Shown: in pieces, positions 19,916-31,707 of the stretch
Position numbering within the stretch: the stretch's first letter is position 1
Layout: every line of letters starts with the position of its first letter
Assembly (NCBI GenBank): GCA_965249725.1
Contig: CBDFMQ010000002.1
Coordinates: 1,216,001 to 1,280,000 of the forward strand
From: Longimicrobiales bacterium
GTDB taxonomy: Bacteria > Gemmatimonadota > Gemmatimonadetes > Longimicrobiales > Gaopeijiaceae
Direction: 5' to 3'
DNA length: 64,000 nt
Program-made: the position numbers and the translations under genes
The notes under the pieces: model-generated
What the model saw: only the letters and a program-made list of their open reading frames with translations
Told to the model about the DNA's origin: nothing
Database searches by the model: none

Positions 19916-20955
19916 GAGGCTCCTCCCTGCGCGAACTGAGAGAGGAACCGGATGTCATTCTCGAAGAACAGCCGCAGGTCCGGCACACCGTACTTCAACA
20001 GCGCGATTCGCGCGGGGCCCATTCCGAACGCGAACCCCGTGTAGCGCTCGGCGTCGTAGCCCACGTTCTCGAGGACGTTCGGGTCCACCATTCCGGCGCC
20101 CATGATCTCGATCCAGTCGGACTCGACGTGCGTGCCGTCCTTCATGGTGAGCTGCCGCTTCACGTCCACTTCGGCGCTCGGCTCCGTGAACGGGAAGTAC
20201 GACGGCCGAAAACGGACCTTCGTCCCGGGACCCCAAAACCGACGTGCGAACTCGGCCAGGGTGGCCTTGAAGTCCACGAAGGTGATTCCCTCGTCCACTA
20301 CCAGCCCCTCGATCTGCGCGAAAGCCGGGGTGTGGGTGGCGTCGTACGTGTCCCTCCGATAGACCATGCCGGGAGCCAGGATCCGGATCGGCGGCGGATA
20401 GTGCTCCATGACTCGCACCTGCACCGGCGAGGTATGACTGCGGAGAAGCACGGAGTCCTTTAGGTAGAGGGTGTCCTGCTCATCTGCGGCCGGATGATCG
20501 AGGGGCGTGTTCAGGGCCACGAAGTTGTACCACTCGGTGTCGGCCTCCGGCCCACGGGCGCGGACGAAACCGAGACCGCGGAAGATCTGCCAAATCTCGT
20601 CGACCACCTGGTTGACCGGATGGATGCCGCCCGTCCAACGAGCACGGCCCGGCAGCGTGAGGTCCTCCACGGGACCTGTGGGACCGCTTTCCTCCGCCAC
20701 CGACCGCTCCCGCTCATCCAATGCCGTCTGGAGGGTCTCCTTCACCCGATTCGCCTCTGCACCGACGGCGGGGCGTTCCGATACGTCCAAAGCGCCCAAT
20801 CCGCGTAAGAGTGCGGAGATACGGCCCTCTTTGCGGCCCAGATATGCGATTCGAAGCTCCTCGAGCGCATCGGCATCGGAGGCCGCCTCGATCGCGACCA
20901 AAGCCTCGGCCTCGAGAGCCTTCAGGGTATCGATCAGAGAGTTAGAATCACTCAT
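19912..20955 (-). CDS. pheS: Phenylalanine-tRNA ligase alpha subunit
   Basis: LLRSHTSPVQ, FRPSYFPFTEPS, GFAFGMG. Confidence 0.98.
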   Translation of the reverse strand: MSDSNSLIDTLKALEAEALVAIEAASDADALEELRIAYLGRKEGRISALLRGLGALDVSERPAVGAEANRVKETLQTALDERERSVAEESGPTGPVEDLTLPGRARWTGGIHPVNQVVDEIWQIFRGLGFVRARGPEADTEWYNFVALNTPLDHPAADEQDTLYLKDSVLLRSHTSPVQVRVMEHYPPPIRILAPGMVYRRDTYDATHTPAFAQIEGLVVDEGITFVDFKATLAEFARRFWGPGTKVRFRPSYFPFTEPSAEVDVKRQLTMKDGTHVESDWIEIMGAGMVDPNVLENVGYDAERYTGFAFGMGPARIALLKYGVPDLRLFFENDIRFLSQFAQGGAS

Positions 20956-21024
20956 ATATGAACGCGTTCACCTCGTTTGAGGGCAACAACTTACGCTGGT
21001 CACCCCCACAGCCGTCAATAGCAA

Positions 21025-21057
21025 GGGGCCTCGCGACAGAATCGTCGCGAAGCCCCC
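21025..21057 (-). terminator. Terminator-like hairpin after rplT
   Basis: GGGGCTTCGCGAC-loop-GTCGCGAGGCCCC followed by TTGCTATT. Confidence 0.55.
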
Positions 21058-21086
21058 GCGGAACCGTAGCCGTGGAGGGGCTGCTG

Positions 21087-21449
21087 CTAACCAGCCTCCA
21101 ACCCCGCCTTGGCCTGGTCCGCCAAGGCCGTAAAGGCCTCCGGACTACGCACGGCAAGATCCGCCAGGACCTTACGGTCCAGGTCGACCCCGGCGAGCTT
21201 GAGGCCGTTCATGAACCGGGAGTACGACAGTTCGTTCTCACGAGCTGCAGCGTTGATCCGTGTGATCCAGAGGCGCCTGAACGTGCGCTTCTTGTTCTTG
21301 CGATCCCGGTACGCGTGCTCCCAGCCCTTCTCTACGGCATCCTTCGCCGTCCGGTACAGGTTCTTACGGCCGCCAAAATAGCCTTTGGCCGCCTTGAGAA
21401 TTTTCTTTTTCCGCTTGTTACGAGCCGGAGCTGATGTCGCTCTTGGCAT
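21087..21449 (-). CDS. rplT: 50S ribosomal protein L20
   Basis: [29 protein letters not shown]. Confidence 0.98.
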   Translation of the reverse strand: MPRATSAPARNKRKKKILKAAKGYFGGRKNLYRTAKDAVEKGWEHAYRDRKNKKRTFRRLWITRINAAARENELSYSRFMNGLKLAGVDLDRKVLADLAVRSPEAFTALADQAKAGLEAG

Positions 21450-21467
21450 AGTGGCCTCTCCTTTCGC

Positions 21468-21665
21468 TTACGACCCTGGAAGGAGTCGCTTCATGCGCTT
21501 CTCGTCGGCCTTGCTCACCAAGGTCGCGGTACGGAGACGGCGCTTTCTTTTCTGTGATTTCTTCGTGAGGATGTGGCTCTTGTTCGCCCGCATCCGCCGG
21601 ATCTTGCCCGATCCGGTTCGGCGCAGGCGTTTCGCCGCCCCTCGGTTGGTCTTCATCTTCGGCAT
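21468..21665 (-). CDS. rpmI: 50S ribosomal protein L35
   Basis: [13 protein letters not shown]...HILTKKS; sits between infC and rplT. Confidence 0.98.
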   Translation of the reverse strand: MPKMKTNRGAAKRLRRTGSGKIRRMRANKSHILTKKSQKRKRRLRTATLVSKADEKRMKRLLPGS

Positions 21666-21709
21666 TTATCTGCTCCCTTGGGGCCCGTCGGCGGGTCCCC
21701 CATGACCAA

Positions 21710-22222
21710 TTACTTGAGAGGCCCCAGAACCATCGACATGATCCGCCCCTCGAAACTCGGCAGGGATTCAACCTTCCCCACGTCCTCCAAGTCCTCCGTG
21801 ACGCGAAGTAGAACGTCGCGTCCCAACTCGGGGTGCGTGACCTGCCGACCCCTAAACATCATCGTCAGCTTGACCTTGTTCCCCTCACCCAGGAACCGCC
21901 GCGCGTGACGGACCTTGAAATCGTAATCGTGATCTTCGATGCCCGGGCGAAACTTCACCTCTTTGACCTGAACGTGGTGCTGTTTCTTCTTGGCTTCCTT
22001 GGCCGCCCTCTGTGCCTCGTACCTGTGCTTCCCGTAGTCCATCAGCTTGCATACGGGTGGCCGTGCATCAGGAGCGACTTCCACCACATCCAGGCCCTTG
22101 CTTGCCGCTAACTCCCGCGCTTCTTCGATGGAGACGATCCCTACCTGGCCCCCCTCGTCGTCGATCAATCGGACAGGACTGATCCGGATCTGATCGTTAA
22201 TACGAACTCTTTGCTCTGCGAT
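21710..22222 (-). CDS. infC: Translation initiation factor IF-3 (probable non-canonical ATC start)
   Basis: RINDQIR..VRLI, PPVCKLMDYGK, KEVKFRP. GGAGGAG lies 6 nt before the ATC at 22222. Confidence 0.96.
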   Translation of the reverse strand: MAEQRVRINDQIRISPVRLIDDEGGQVGIVSIEEARELAASKGLDVVEVAPDARPPVCKLMDYGKHRYEAQRAAKEAKKKQHHVQVKEVKFRPGIEDHDYDFKVRHARRFLGEGNKVKLTMMFRGRQVTHPELGRDVLLRVTEDLEDVGKVESLPSFEGRIMSMVLGPLK

Positions 22223-22289
22223 CTTGCTCTCCTCCACCACGGTTGCACGGAGCCTGGGCCTTGGAATCCCGGCTCACCCACAGTCTCAA

Positions 22290-22450
22290 CAACAACAAAA
22301 AAGCCCGGATCTCTCCAGGCCACAAGGGAAACGAGTTGCCGGCACATAAGGCTCCGGTCACCCGTTCTCTTGGACCCGGCGGTATCCACGTTGTCGGTGG
22401 AACCGAAAGGTGGAGCCGCTCACGGGCGGCTCTCTTCCGTTTTGTCTTTG
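22290..22450 (-). promoter_or_regulatory. L20-leader-like structured 5' leader with an intrinsic terminator, upstream of infC
   Basis: GAAG-AGAGCCGC-loop-GCGGCTC-CACCT hairpin, then GCCTGGA-GAGA-TCCGGGC-TTTTTT terminator (22297-22320), ahead of the infC-rpmI-rplT operon. Confidence 0.6.
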
Positions 22451-22653
22451 TCCCAAGGCGTCAGGACCCTACGAAGATCATCGAGACGCCTGAGCCCGTC
22501 AAGGTGGCGACAGGGCCGGAAAACAAAGGGACTCGGTAGGACTGGCAGGTGCTGGACGCACGTCATACCGTAGCCAATCGAGCGCTAGATCCGGCGCGGA
22601 AAGATAAGCGATGAACAAGACAGTCCTCGGACAACCTCAGTCCCAAGAAGCTC

Positions 22654-22788
22654 ATGGCTGACCGGCTCCAGCACGAGCTATTGCAGGGCGTCTCGCGGAC
22701 CTTTGCCCTCACCATTCCGGTGCTTCCGCAGGATCTCCGGCGTATGGTCGGGAACGCCTACCTACTCTGCCGCATCGTGGACACCGTA
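22654..22788 (+). pseudogene. N-terminal remnant of a squalene/phytoene synthase
   Basis: [32 protein letters not shown] matches the squalene synthase N-terminus and breaks off within the first DTxED motif. Confidence 0.8.
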
Positions 22789-22907
22789 GGGCCGCGGAGG
22801 CTGAGGTCGACGCCCCCGATTGATCTGGCAATCTGGGCTTGCGTGTCTCATCCCCTGCGATTCTGGAAGCTTGTGGGTGGCCCCAGGTTACGCGCATGTT
22901 GTCGCCC

Positions 22908-25589
22908 ATGAACGATCCCGGCTCCCCCATCGAACGCCTGAACGCCGCCCTAGAGGGTCGATACCTCATCGAAGGCGAGCTGGGTGAGGGCGGCATGGCC
23001 ACCGTCTATCTCGCCAACGACCTGAAACACGAACGGCAGGTGGCACTAAAGGTCCTGAAGCCGGAACTGGCCGCGGTAGTGGGCGCCGACCGGTTCCTCA
23101 CCGAGATCAAGACCACGGCCAACCTGCAGCACCCGCACATCCTGCCGCTCCACGACTCCGGCGAGGCCGACTCGTTCCTCTTCTACGTGATGCCCTACGT
23201 GGAGGATGAGTCTCTCGGCGATCGGCTCGCCCGGGAGCAGCAGCTGCACGTGGATGAAGCGGTGAAGATCGCGATCGATCTGGCCGAGGCGCTGGACTAC
23301 GCGCACCGCAACAAGGTCATCCACCGCGACATCAAGCCCGCCAACATCCTGATGCACGAGGGTCGCCCGCTGATCGCGGACTTCGGGATCGCGTTGGCGG
23401 TGGGTGCGGCAGGCGGTACACGGCTCACCGAGACCGGGCTGTCCGTCGGCACCCCGTTCTACATGAGCCCCGAGCAGGCCACGGGCGACCAGATCTTGGG
23501 TGCCGCGAGCGACACCTACGCGCTCGCCTGCGTGCTCTACGAGATGCTCGTGGGTGAGCCTCCCTATTCGGGAGCGACGGCCCAGGCGGTGCTCGGCAAG
23601 ATCATCGCGGGCGGGCCCGTGTCGGCCACGGCTCATCGGCCGTCGATTCCGGCGAATGTCGACGCGGCGCTCCGCTGCGGACTGGAGAAGCTCCCCGCGG
23701 ATCGGTTCACCTCTGCGCAGGAGTTCGCCGACGCGCTCAAGAACGAGCACTTCCGCTACGGGGAGCCGGTCGGCGCTGCCGCGGGTGATCCGGGTCCGTG
23801 GAAGAGACGGACCACGGGGTTCGCGTCGCTCTCCTCCGTCCTCGCCCTCGCTTGGTCAGTGTTCCGCCCCGAACCTGCGGCTCCTCCCGAGCCGATCGGA
23901 CGGTTTTCGGTACTCATCCGAGAAGATCAAACTCCCAGCACGAACTTCGATATTGCACCCGACGGATCGGCTCTGGTCTTCACAGGACCCGACCCAGAGG
24001 GGGTCTTCCAGCTATGGCTGCGCCGTTGGGACAATCTCACGCTCACTCCTGTCCCGGGGACCGCTGGAGCGACACCGAGCAGTCCGAGAATCTCTCCGGA
24101 CGGAACGGAGGTGGCATTTGTCGCCGGGAGGCAACTCAAGGTGGCCCCCCTCCAAGGCGGAGTCGTGCGCACGCTGGCGGACTCCGCATTCTGCTGCTCA
24201 CAGTGGGGGCCCGACGGCTTCCTCTATTACTCCGCTACCGGTAGGACCATCAAGCGGGTCCCGGTGCAGGGTGGAGAGGTGGAGCCCGTCACGACCCGCG
24301 CTGAAGAGGGAGGCGGCTCGCACGGCGACCTCCAGGTGCTTCCGGGCGGTGAAACCGCCGTGTTCACGGTCTGGGGTGACCCGGCTCGGATCGAGGCGAT
24401 CCGGCTGGCCGACGGAGAGCGGAGGATCCTCGCCCCCGGGATCAAGCCATATGTGACGCCTGACGGCCATCTGATCTTCGGCTCCATCGACGGTAGCATC
24501 CTGGCTGCCCCTCTCTCAGTCGACGGCATGGAGCTCACCGGGGCACCCGTGCCCGTGGTCGAGGGTGTCGTCGTGAGTACCAACGAGTATCCGGAGTTCA
24601 GCGTGTCGCAAACCGGTACGCTGGCGTACTGGTCGGGCGAGGCGGCAACTGGCGCGAGGGAGTTCGTCTGGATGAGTCGTTCGGGTGTCGCCACGCCGGT
24701 CGATCCCGGCTGGGCATTCGATCGGGGCAACGTCAATTCTGGCTGGAGCTTGTCACCGGACGACACTCGCTTGGCTCTCCGGGCTCGCACCGAGGCCGGT
24801 CACGACATCTGGATCAAAGAGCTGGACGATGGGCCTCTCTCACGCCTGACGTTCGGCGAATCCGAAGATCGGATGCCCCGGTGGACCCCGGACGGGCGGA
24901 CGGTGACTTTTGTGTCCAACCGCGGCGGAGACTGGGACGTCTGGTCGAAGGGCGCCGACGGTACGGGAGACGCAGTCTCAGTGGTAGACACCGAGGATTT
25001 CTTTGCACAGGGCTTCTACGGGCCGGCGGGCGAGTGGGTGATCTTACGAACGGGAGGCACCGGCGGGCTCTCCGGAGGTCGCAACATCATGGCCATCCGT
25101 CCAGGAGTGGACAGCGTCCCCCTCCCGCTCCTCGCATCAGACGTCGACGAGGCGGGGCCGGCCCTGTCACCGGATGGCCGGTGGCTTGCATACGGTTCGG
25201 ACGAGACGGGCCGCTACGAGATCTTCGTGCGACCGTTCCCTGATGTGGACGCGGGCAAGTGGCAGGTCTCCGCCGAGGGAGGGCACGGTGCGCTCTGGAG
25301 TCATACCGGCGACGAGCTCTTCTTCGTGAACAACTCCGGTGAGATGATGGCTGCGCAGGTCGAAACCGCGTCGGGCTTCCGAGTGAGGGAGCGCCAGACG
25401 CTGTTCGCGATCCCGCGGGGTTACGAAAGCCGAGCAGTTAGCGACTTCATCGTCGGACTCTTCGACATCACCTCCGACGATGAGCGGTTCCTGATGGTCC
25501 GGCGCTTTACGGACTCCGACGAAGCCTCCAACGAGTTCATCATCGTGCAGAACTTCTTCGAAGAGGTGAGGGCCCGGATCGGTAACTAG
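22908..25589 (+). CDS. Ser/Thr protein kinase with a TM segment and C-terminal TolB/PD40 beta-propeller repeats
   Basis: [30 protein letters not shown], and repeated (I/L)SPDG and WTPDG motifs. The start could also be 22896. Confidence 0.95.
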   Translation: MNDPGSPIERLNAALEGRYLIEGELGEGGMATVYLANDLKHERQVALKVLKPELAAVVGADRFLTEIKTTANLQHPHILPLHDSGEADSFLFYVMPYVEDESLGDRLAREQQLHVDEAVKIAIDLAEALDYAHRNKVIHRDIKPANILMHEGRPLIADFGIALAVGAAGGTRLTETGLSVGTPFYMSPEQATGDQILGAASDTYALACVLYEMLVGEPPYSGATAQAVLGKIIAGGPVSATAHRPSIPANVDAALRCGLEKLPADRFTSAQEFADALKNEHFRYGEPVGAAAGDPGPWKRRTTGFASLSSVLALAWSVFRPEPAAPPEPIGRFSVLIREDQTPSTNFDIAPDGSALVFTGPDPEGVFQLWLRRWDNLTLTPVPGTAGATPSSPRISPDGTEVAFVAGRQLKVAPLQGGVVRTLADSAFCCSQWGPDGFLYYSATGRTIKRVPVQGGEVEPVTTRAEEGGGSHGDLQVLPGGETAVFTVWGDPARIEAIRLADGERRILAPGIKPYVTPDGHLIFGSIDGSILAAPLSVDGMELTGAPVPVVEGVVVSTNEYPEFSVSQTGTLAYWSGEAATGAREFVWMSRSGVATPVDPGWAFDRGNVNSGWSLSPDDTRLALRARTEAGHDIWIKELDDGPLSRLTFGESEDRMPRWTPDGRTVTFVSNRGGDWDVWSKGADGTGDAVSVVDTEDFFAQGFYGPAGEWVILRTGGTGGLSGGRNIMAIRPGVDSVPLPLLASDVDEAGPALSPDGRWLAYGSDETGRYEIFVRPFPDVDAGKWQVSAEGGHGALWSHTGDELFFVNNSGEMMAAQVETASGFRVRERQTLFAIPRGYESRAVSDFIVGLFDITSDDERFLMVRRFTDSDEASNEFIIVQNFFEEVRARIGN

Positions 25590-25599
25590 GCGCTGTTCC

Positions 25600-26142
25600 T
25601 TACATCGACCAGGGCGGCACCACGTGGTTCATGCGCGCATAAGCGATCGACTGCCCGAGATGCTCGTTCATGTGCGTGATGAGCTGGAACAGCACCGCCC
25701 ACTCTCCGACGTCACGCCCGTATAGCCGAGTCTGCTCGTCCAAGTCCATGGCAGACATGTGGGCCGCAACCCGCCTGACGTGCTCCATCGACTCCGCCAG
25801 GATCGCGACCGCCTTCTCCTTGTCGGTCACCCCTTCTTCCCAACTGTCGTACTCCGCAGCCCCCATCGGCGAGTCCACGCCCAACGCGATCTCCGGGTAG
25901 TAGTAGTTGTAGCGGGCGATGTGCATGTAGACCCGAACCACCGACGCCACCCCTTCCATCGGGGCCCACTCATAGGTCGACTCGGGCATCGCCTTCGCCA
26001 GAGAAACGAGCTTGTCCGCGGAGGCATCGAACTGACCCTCGAACTCCCCGATGAAGTTCGGGGGCGTGCTCTGCGCGAGAACGCCAGGCGCAGCAATAGC
26101 GGTGAGAGCCGAGATCAGCAGGACTGTACGTGCGAAGCGCAT
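25600..26142 (-). CDS. Secreted DinB-family protein
   Basis: Signal peptide from ATG 26142, AMPESTYEWAP, and metal-binding His residues in HIA and HMNEHLGQ. Confidence 0.85.
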   Translation of the reverse strand: MRFARTVLLISALTAIAAPGVLAQSTPPNFIGEFEGQFDASADKLVSLAKAMPESTYEWAPMEGVASVVRVYMHIARYNYYYPEIALGVDSPMGAAEYDSWEEGVTDKEKAVAILAESMEHVRRVAAHMSAMDLDEQTRLYGRDVGEWAVLFQLITHMNEHLGQSIAYARMNHVVPPWSM

Positions 26143-26333
26143 CGGATTACTCCGGTAGCAGGGTTGGGGTGCGCCGAGAATATGCGCTGAAGTGAGGCGG
26201 CAGGGAAAGGACCATCCCCGCGTGCGGGGCGAGCCTCCCGCGGCCGTGTGGTGCGGGGCCGCCCAAAGTGAGGGCCGTGCGGAGTGTTCGCCTATCGGCC
26301 AGTAACCCGAGGCTCGAAACATACCGACCGGGC

Positions 26334-26438
26334 GAGGTCGTGCGGTCCCCGAGCGAGCGTCTAGAAGGGGGGAACGGTGGCGGAAGTGACGCCGGGAGGC
26401 CCCCCGGATAGCAGCGAGCGAGGGAACCGCACGACCTC
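26334..26438. repeat. About 105-bp element bounded by 17-bp inverted repeats (REP/MITE-like hairpin), directly after the thrS stop
   Basis: GAGGTCGTGCGGTCCCC ... GGGAACCGCACGACCTC (1 mismatch), with internal GCGAGCG direct repeats. Confidence 0.65.
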
Positions 26439-26440
26439 CC

Positions 26441-28360
26441 CTACCCGAGCGCCCTAGACTCCGCCTCCTGGACCAGGTCCGCAACGAACTCCGCCCGATC
26501 CCGAACCTCCTGCTTCTTCCCGTCGCCCCGCTTCCGAACCGCCACGGTACCCGCCTCGGCCTCGCGCTCCCCGATCACGGCCATATAAGGCACCTTGTGC
26601 ACCTCGGCATCGCGGATCCGGTAGCCGAGCGTCTCCCGGCTCACCACCTCGCGACGGATACCGGCGGCGGTCAAATCGGCCGCGAACTCCTCGGCCGAGG
26701 CGATCCACTGCTCCGAGATCGGCAGCACGCGCACCTGCTCGGGCGCCAGCCACAACGGGAACGCTCCCGCGTAGTGCTCGATGAGCCCACCCACGAACCG
26801 CTCCATGGAGCCCACGAGTACTCGGTGCAGCATGACCGGGCGATGGCGCTCGTTGTCCTCGCCGACGTACTCGAGCTGGAATCGCTCTGGAAGATTGAAG
26901 TCGAGCTGAACGGTGGGACCCTGCCACTTGCGTCCGATCGCGTCGATGAGCTTGAAGTCGAGCTTGGGTCCGTAGAAGGCACCTCCCCCGATGTCGTACT
27001 CGAAGGGGATATCCCGGGCCTCCAAGGCATCCGCCAACATCTTCACGGCCGAGTCCCATTCCTCCTCGGTACCCAGGGCCTTCTCTTCGGGCTTGGTGGC
27101 CAACTCGATGGTGTATGGGTACCCGAAGGCCGCGAGCATCTCGTCTACGAGATCGACCAGACGGTTGATCTCGTCGGTGACCTGCTCCGGCGTACAGAAC
27201 ACGTGAGCGTCATCCTGTGTGAACCCGCGAACGCGCAGCATTCCGTGAAGCACACCGCTCCGCTCATAGCGGTAGACGGTACCGAATTCGGCCATTCGGA
27301 TCGGGAGGTCCCGATAGGAGCGTTGATCGGCCTCGTAGATCGCGATGTGCCCAGGGCAGTTCATGGGCTTGGGTCGATATGAAGCGCCCTCCACCTCCAT
27401 CGCCCCAAACATGCCTTCCTTGAAGTTCTCGAGGTGCCCCGAGATCTCGAACATCTTCTCGCTCATGATGTGGGGGGTGTAGACGAGGTCGTATCCGTGC
27501 CTCACCACCAACTCGCGCTCGAAGGTTTCGATCTCGGTCCGGATTACGGAGCCCTTCGGGTGCCAGAGGATGAGGCCCGGGCCCACCCGTGGGTCGGTCG
27601 AGAACAGATCCAGCTCCCGTCCAAGGACACGGTGATCCCGCTTCTTGGCCTCTTCCAGTTGCTCCAGGTGGTCGGTGAGATGCTGTTTCTTGAAGAACGC
27701 CGTTCCATAGATGCGCTGGAGCATCTGGCGATTCTCGTCACCCCTCCAGTACGCCCCTGCCCCGGACAACAGCTTGAAGTGCTTCAGCCGTCCGGTCGAA
27801 GGCACGTGCGGCCCCCGGCACAGATCGAGAAACGGGCCGTCCCGGTAGACCGAGATGATCTCGTCGTCATCGAACTCCTCTAGACGCTCCAGCTTCAAGG
27901 CATCGTCCGCGAAGAGTTCACGCGCTTCCTCGGTCGTCACGACCTGGCGCTCGAAGGCGTAGTCGGCACTGGTCACCTCGGCCATCTTGGCCTCGAAGGT
28001 CTCCAGGTCCTCCGGAGTAAACGGCTCGTCGACCTCGAAGTCGTAGTAGAACCCGTCGTCGATGGACGGTCCGAAACCGATGCCGGCACCGGGACGCAGC
28101 TCACGTACGGCGGTGGCCAGCACGTGCGCCGCGGAATGCCGCAAGAGAGCCAGAGCATCCGGGTCCCGCTCGGTGATGATCCGGAGGCTGGTGTCGGACT
28201 CGATGGCATGAAAGAGGTCGACGGTCTCGCCGTCTACCACACCTGCCAAGGCCGCCTTGGCCAATCCCGGGCCGATCGCCGCCGCAACATCACCGACGGT
28301 GGATCCCTCGGGCGCTTCCAGGACCGTCCCGTCCGGGAGGGTGACCTTGATATCTGCCAT
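26441..28360 (-). CDS. thrS: Threonine-tRNA ligase
   Basis: TGS domain, RHSAAH, DLCRGPH, KPMNCPGH, YRYERSG, FYGPKLD. Confidence 0.98.
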   Translation of the reverse strand: MADIKVTLPDGTVLEAPEGSTVGDVAAAIGPGLAKAALAGVVDGETVDLFHAIESDTSLRIITERDPDALALLRHSAAHVLATAVRELRPGAGIGFGPSIDDGFYYDFEVDEPFTPEDLETFEAKMAEVTSADYAFERQVVTTEEARELFADDALKLERLEEFDDDEIISVYRDGPFLDLCRGPHVPSTGRLKHFKLLSGAGAYWRGDENRQMLQRIYGTAFFKKQHLTDHLEQLEEAKKRDHRVLGRELDLFSTDPRVGPGLILWHPKGSVIRTEIETFERELVVRHGYDLVYTPHIMSEKMFEISGHLENFKEGMFGAMEVEGASYRPKPMNCPGHIAIYEADQRSYRDLPIRMAEFGTVYRYERSGVLHGMLRVRGFTQDDAHVFCTPEQVTDEINRLVDLVDEMLAAFGYPYTIELATKPEEKALGTEEEWDSAVKMLADALEARDIPFEYDIGGGAFYGPKLDFKLIDAIGRKWQGPTVQLDFNLPERFQLEYVGEDNERHRPVMLHRVLVGSMERFVGGLIEHYAGAFPLWLAPEQVRVLPISEQWIASAEEFAADLTAAGIRREVVSRETLGYRIRDAEVHKVPYMAVIGEREAEAGTVAVRKRGDGKKQEVRDRAEFVADLVQEAESRALG

Positions 28361-28460
28361 GGTCGTTCAGTTCCGCTTGGTTAATACCGCCGCCGGCTAT
28401 GCCACTGCCTCGGGGCGGTCGAAAAAAGGTAGTGCAGTCCTGACGAAAAGCCACCACCTG

Positions 28461-28503
28461 AAAAGGCGACGGCCCGGCCACCAATTGGTGACCGGGCCGC
28501 GCC
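28461..28503 (-). terminator. Intrinsic terminator after groL
   Basis: GCGGCCCGGTCACC-AATT-GGTGGCCGGGCCGT-CGCC-TTTT. Confidence 0.65.
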
Positions 28504-28587
28504 GAGACCGTGGGCGCATCCTCTCGAGATCCCCATGGGGTCTCTCGAGAGTCAGTGCCGCCCCAACACTCGCGTGTCGGAGAGTCC

Positions 28588-30222
<1,635 letters not shown>

Positions 30223-30389
30223 CTACTTACTCCTAAACGCTATAGAAAAAAATGCGATCAAAAAGGTCCTGAGAGCGTTCAAATCGGATGCCGCGGTAGG
30301 AGGGCGAAGGAGGGGCCCCGAAGGCGTACCAGAGGTACGTCACAGGGTACCCGACGAGCCCGACACCGCGCGGCGCCGATTTCAACGCT

Positions 30390-30695
30390 CTACCCAATGA
30401 CGGCCAGGATGTCTGACTCGCGTAGGATGAGGAAATCCTCCCCATCGATCGTCACGTCGGTACCGCTGTACTTGCCGTAGAGGACCGTCTGTCCGACCTC
30501 GACATCGAGTTCGATCCGCTCGTTCTCGTCCGACAGCTTGCCTGGTCCTGCCGCCACGATCTTGCCCTGCTGTGGCTTCTCCTTTGCGGTATCCGGAATG
30601 TAGAGGCCCCCACGCATCTGCTCGTCATCTTCGAGCGGGGTCACCACTACTCGGTCCGCAAGCGGCTTGATCTTGGTCGCAGCCTTCGTCGACAT
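30390..30695 (-). CDS. groS: Co-chaperonin GroES
   Basis: [30 protein letters not shown]. Confidence 0.99.
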   Translation of the reverse strand: MSTKAATKIKPLADRVVVTPLEDDEQMRGGLYIPDTAKEKPQQGKIVAAGPGKLSDENERIELDVEVGQTVLYGKYSGTDVTIDGEDFLILRESDILAVIG

Positions 30696-30745
30696 CCGAA
30701 ATGCCTCCTGCTAACTGGTTGGGTCACATGAAGTTCGGGATCTTG

Positions 30746-30772
30746 TTAGCACTCGTGTGCAAGGAGTGCTAA
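30746..30772. promoter_or_regulatory. CIRCE element (HrcA operator)
   Basis: Perfect TTAGCACTC-N9-GAGTGCTAA upstream of groS. Confidence 0.97.
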
Positions 30773-30782
30773 TCAGGCTTAG

Positions 30783-30810
30783 AATCTACCACCCCGGTGT
30801 GACATGTCAA
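30783..30810 (-). promoter_or_regulatory. Sigma-70-type promoter of groESL
   Basis: TTGACA-N16-TAGATT immediately upstream of CIRCE. Confidence 0.6.
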
Positions 30811-30885
30811 CACGGGAACCGTGGGGAAGAACGCGGGCTCCGGGCTTAGCGACCCGTTGTCGAAACCCGCTGTGGATAGCCTGCG

Positions 30886-31662
30886 TCAGCCTCGGAGGGT
30901 ACGCCCTGCCAACGCGAGCCCGTAGAGGGTGAGGAAGGGCTCGATATGGTCCACGGTTTCGGCATGCGGCCCGATGACCTCGGCATACCCTCCGGTGGCC
31001 ACGACGTACACGTCCGGGCGGCCCCACTCACTCTGGATACGCCTCACGATGCCATCGACGGCGTCCACCGCCGAATAGAACACCCCGCTGCGGATGCACT
31101 CCTCGGTCCGGCGCCCGATCACCTGATCGGGGGGACCCAACTCGACGTTCGGGAGCTTGGCCGTCTTCTTGCCCAACCAATCCAAGCCCGCCTGGATGCC
31201 CTGCGATATGACACCGCCATGGAAGACCCCGTCCGCAGTAATGCAGTCGAACGTGGTCGCGGTCCCCAGGTCGACAGCGATCGTATCGCGGCCGTACATC
31301 ACCTTCGCGGCTAGCGTATTCACGATCCGGTCCGCCCCCACCGTAAGGGGTTCGTCCACGTCTAGTTCGATGGGGAGAGGGCTTTGCGCGGTCACCACTG
31401 CGGGAGGCTCGTCGCAGATCCGGGTCAGCGTGTCGGTGATGATACCCGTCGCCGACGGCACCACCGATCCAAGTACGGTCATACCCACGTCTTCGGAACT
31501 GAAGCCACGACCGGCCAGCAGTGCCCGCAGAACCAGTTCGTATTCGTCCACGGTTCGCGGAACCGTCGTACTCACACGCCAATGGGCCGCCAACTCGAGC
31601 CCCCCCGGCCGTACGAGTCCGAGGACCGTCTCGCTGTTCCCCACATCGATGACCAAGTCCAT
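30886..31662 (-). CDS. coaX: Type III pantothenate kinase
   Basis: IDVGNS, VGADR, VDLGTATTFD, ATGG; follows birA. Confidence 0.95.
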   Translation of the reverse strand: MDLVIDVGNSETVLGLVRPGGLELAAHWRVSTTVPRTVDEYELVLRALLAGRGFSSEDVGMTVLGSVVPSATGIITDTLTRICDEPPAVVTAQSPLPIELDVDEPLTVGADRIVNTLAAKVMYGRDTIAVDLGTATTFDCITADGVFHGGVISQGIQAGLDWLGKKTAKLPNVELGPPDQVIGRRTEECIRSGVFYSAVDAVDGIVRRIQSEWGRPDVYVVATGGYAEVIGPHAETVDHIEPFLTLYGLALAGRTLRG

Positions 31663-31707
31663 CTCTTCTCTCCACTCGAGTGCATCTCGACTAGCTGGCA
31701 ACGGGGC

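Noticed and set aside
20956..21086. T-box or pheM-type attenuator before pheS
   Set aside because: There is no T-box consensus and no Phe-rich leader peptide, only the rplT hairpin and a possible promoter.
26334..26438. SRP (4.5S) RNA
   Set aside because: The size is similar, but the conserved CAGG-x-CCGGAAGG-x-AGCA domain IV core is absent on both strands.
30320..30360. Degenerate GTAC-periodic stretch between groS and groL resembling the 11-bp repeat
   Set aside because: Only three poorly matching units, which is compatible with chance.
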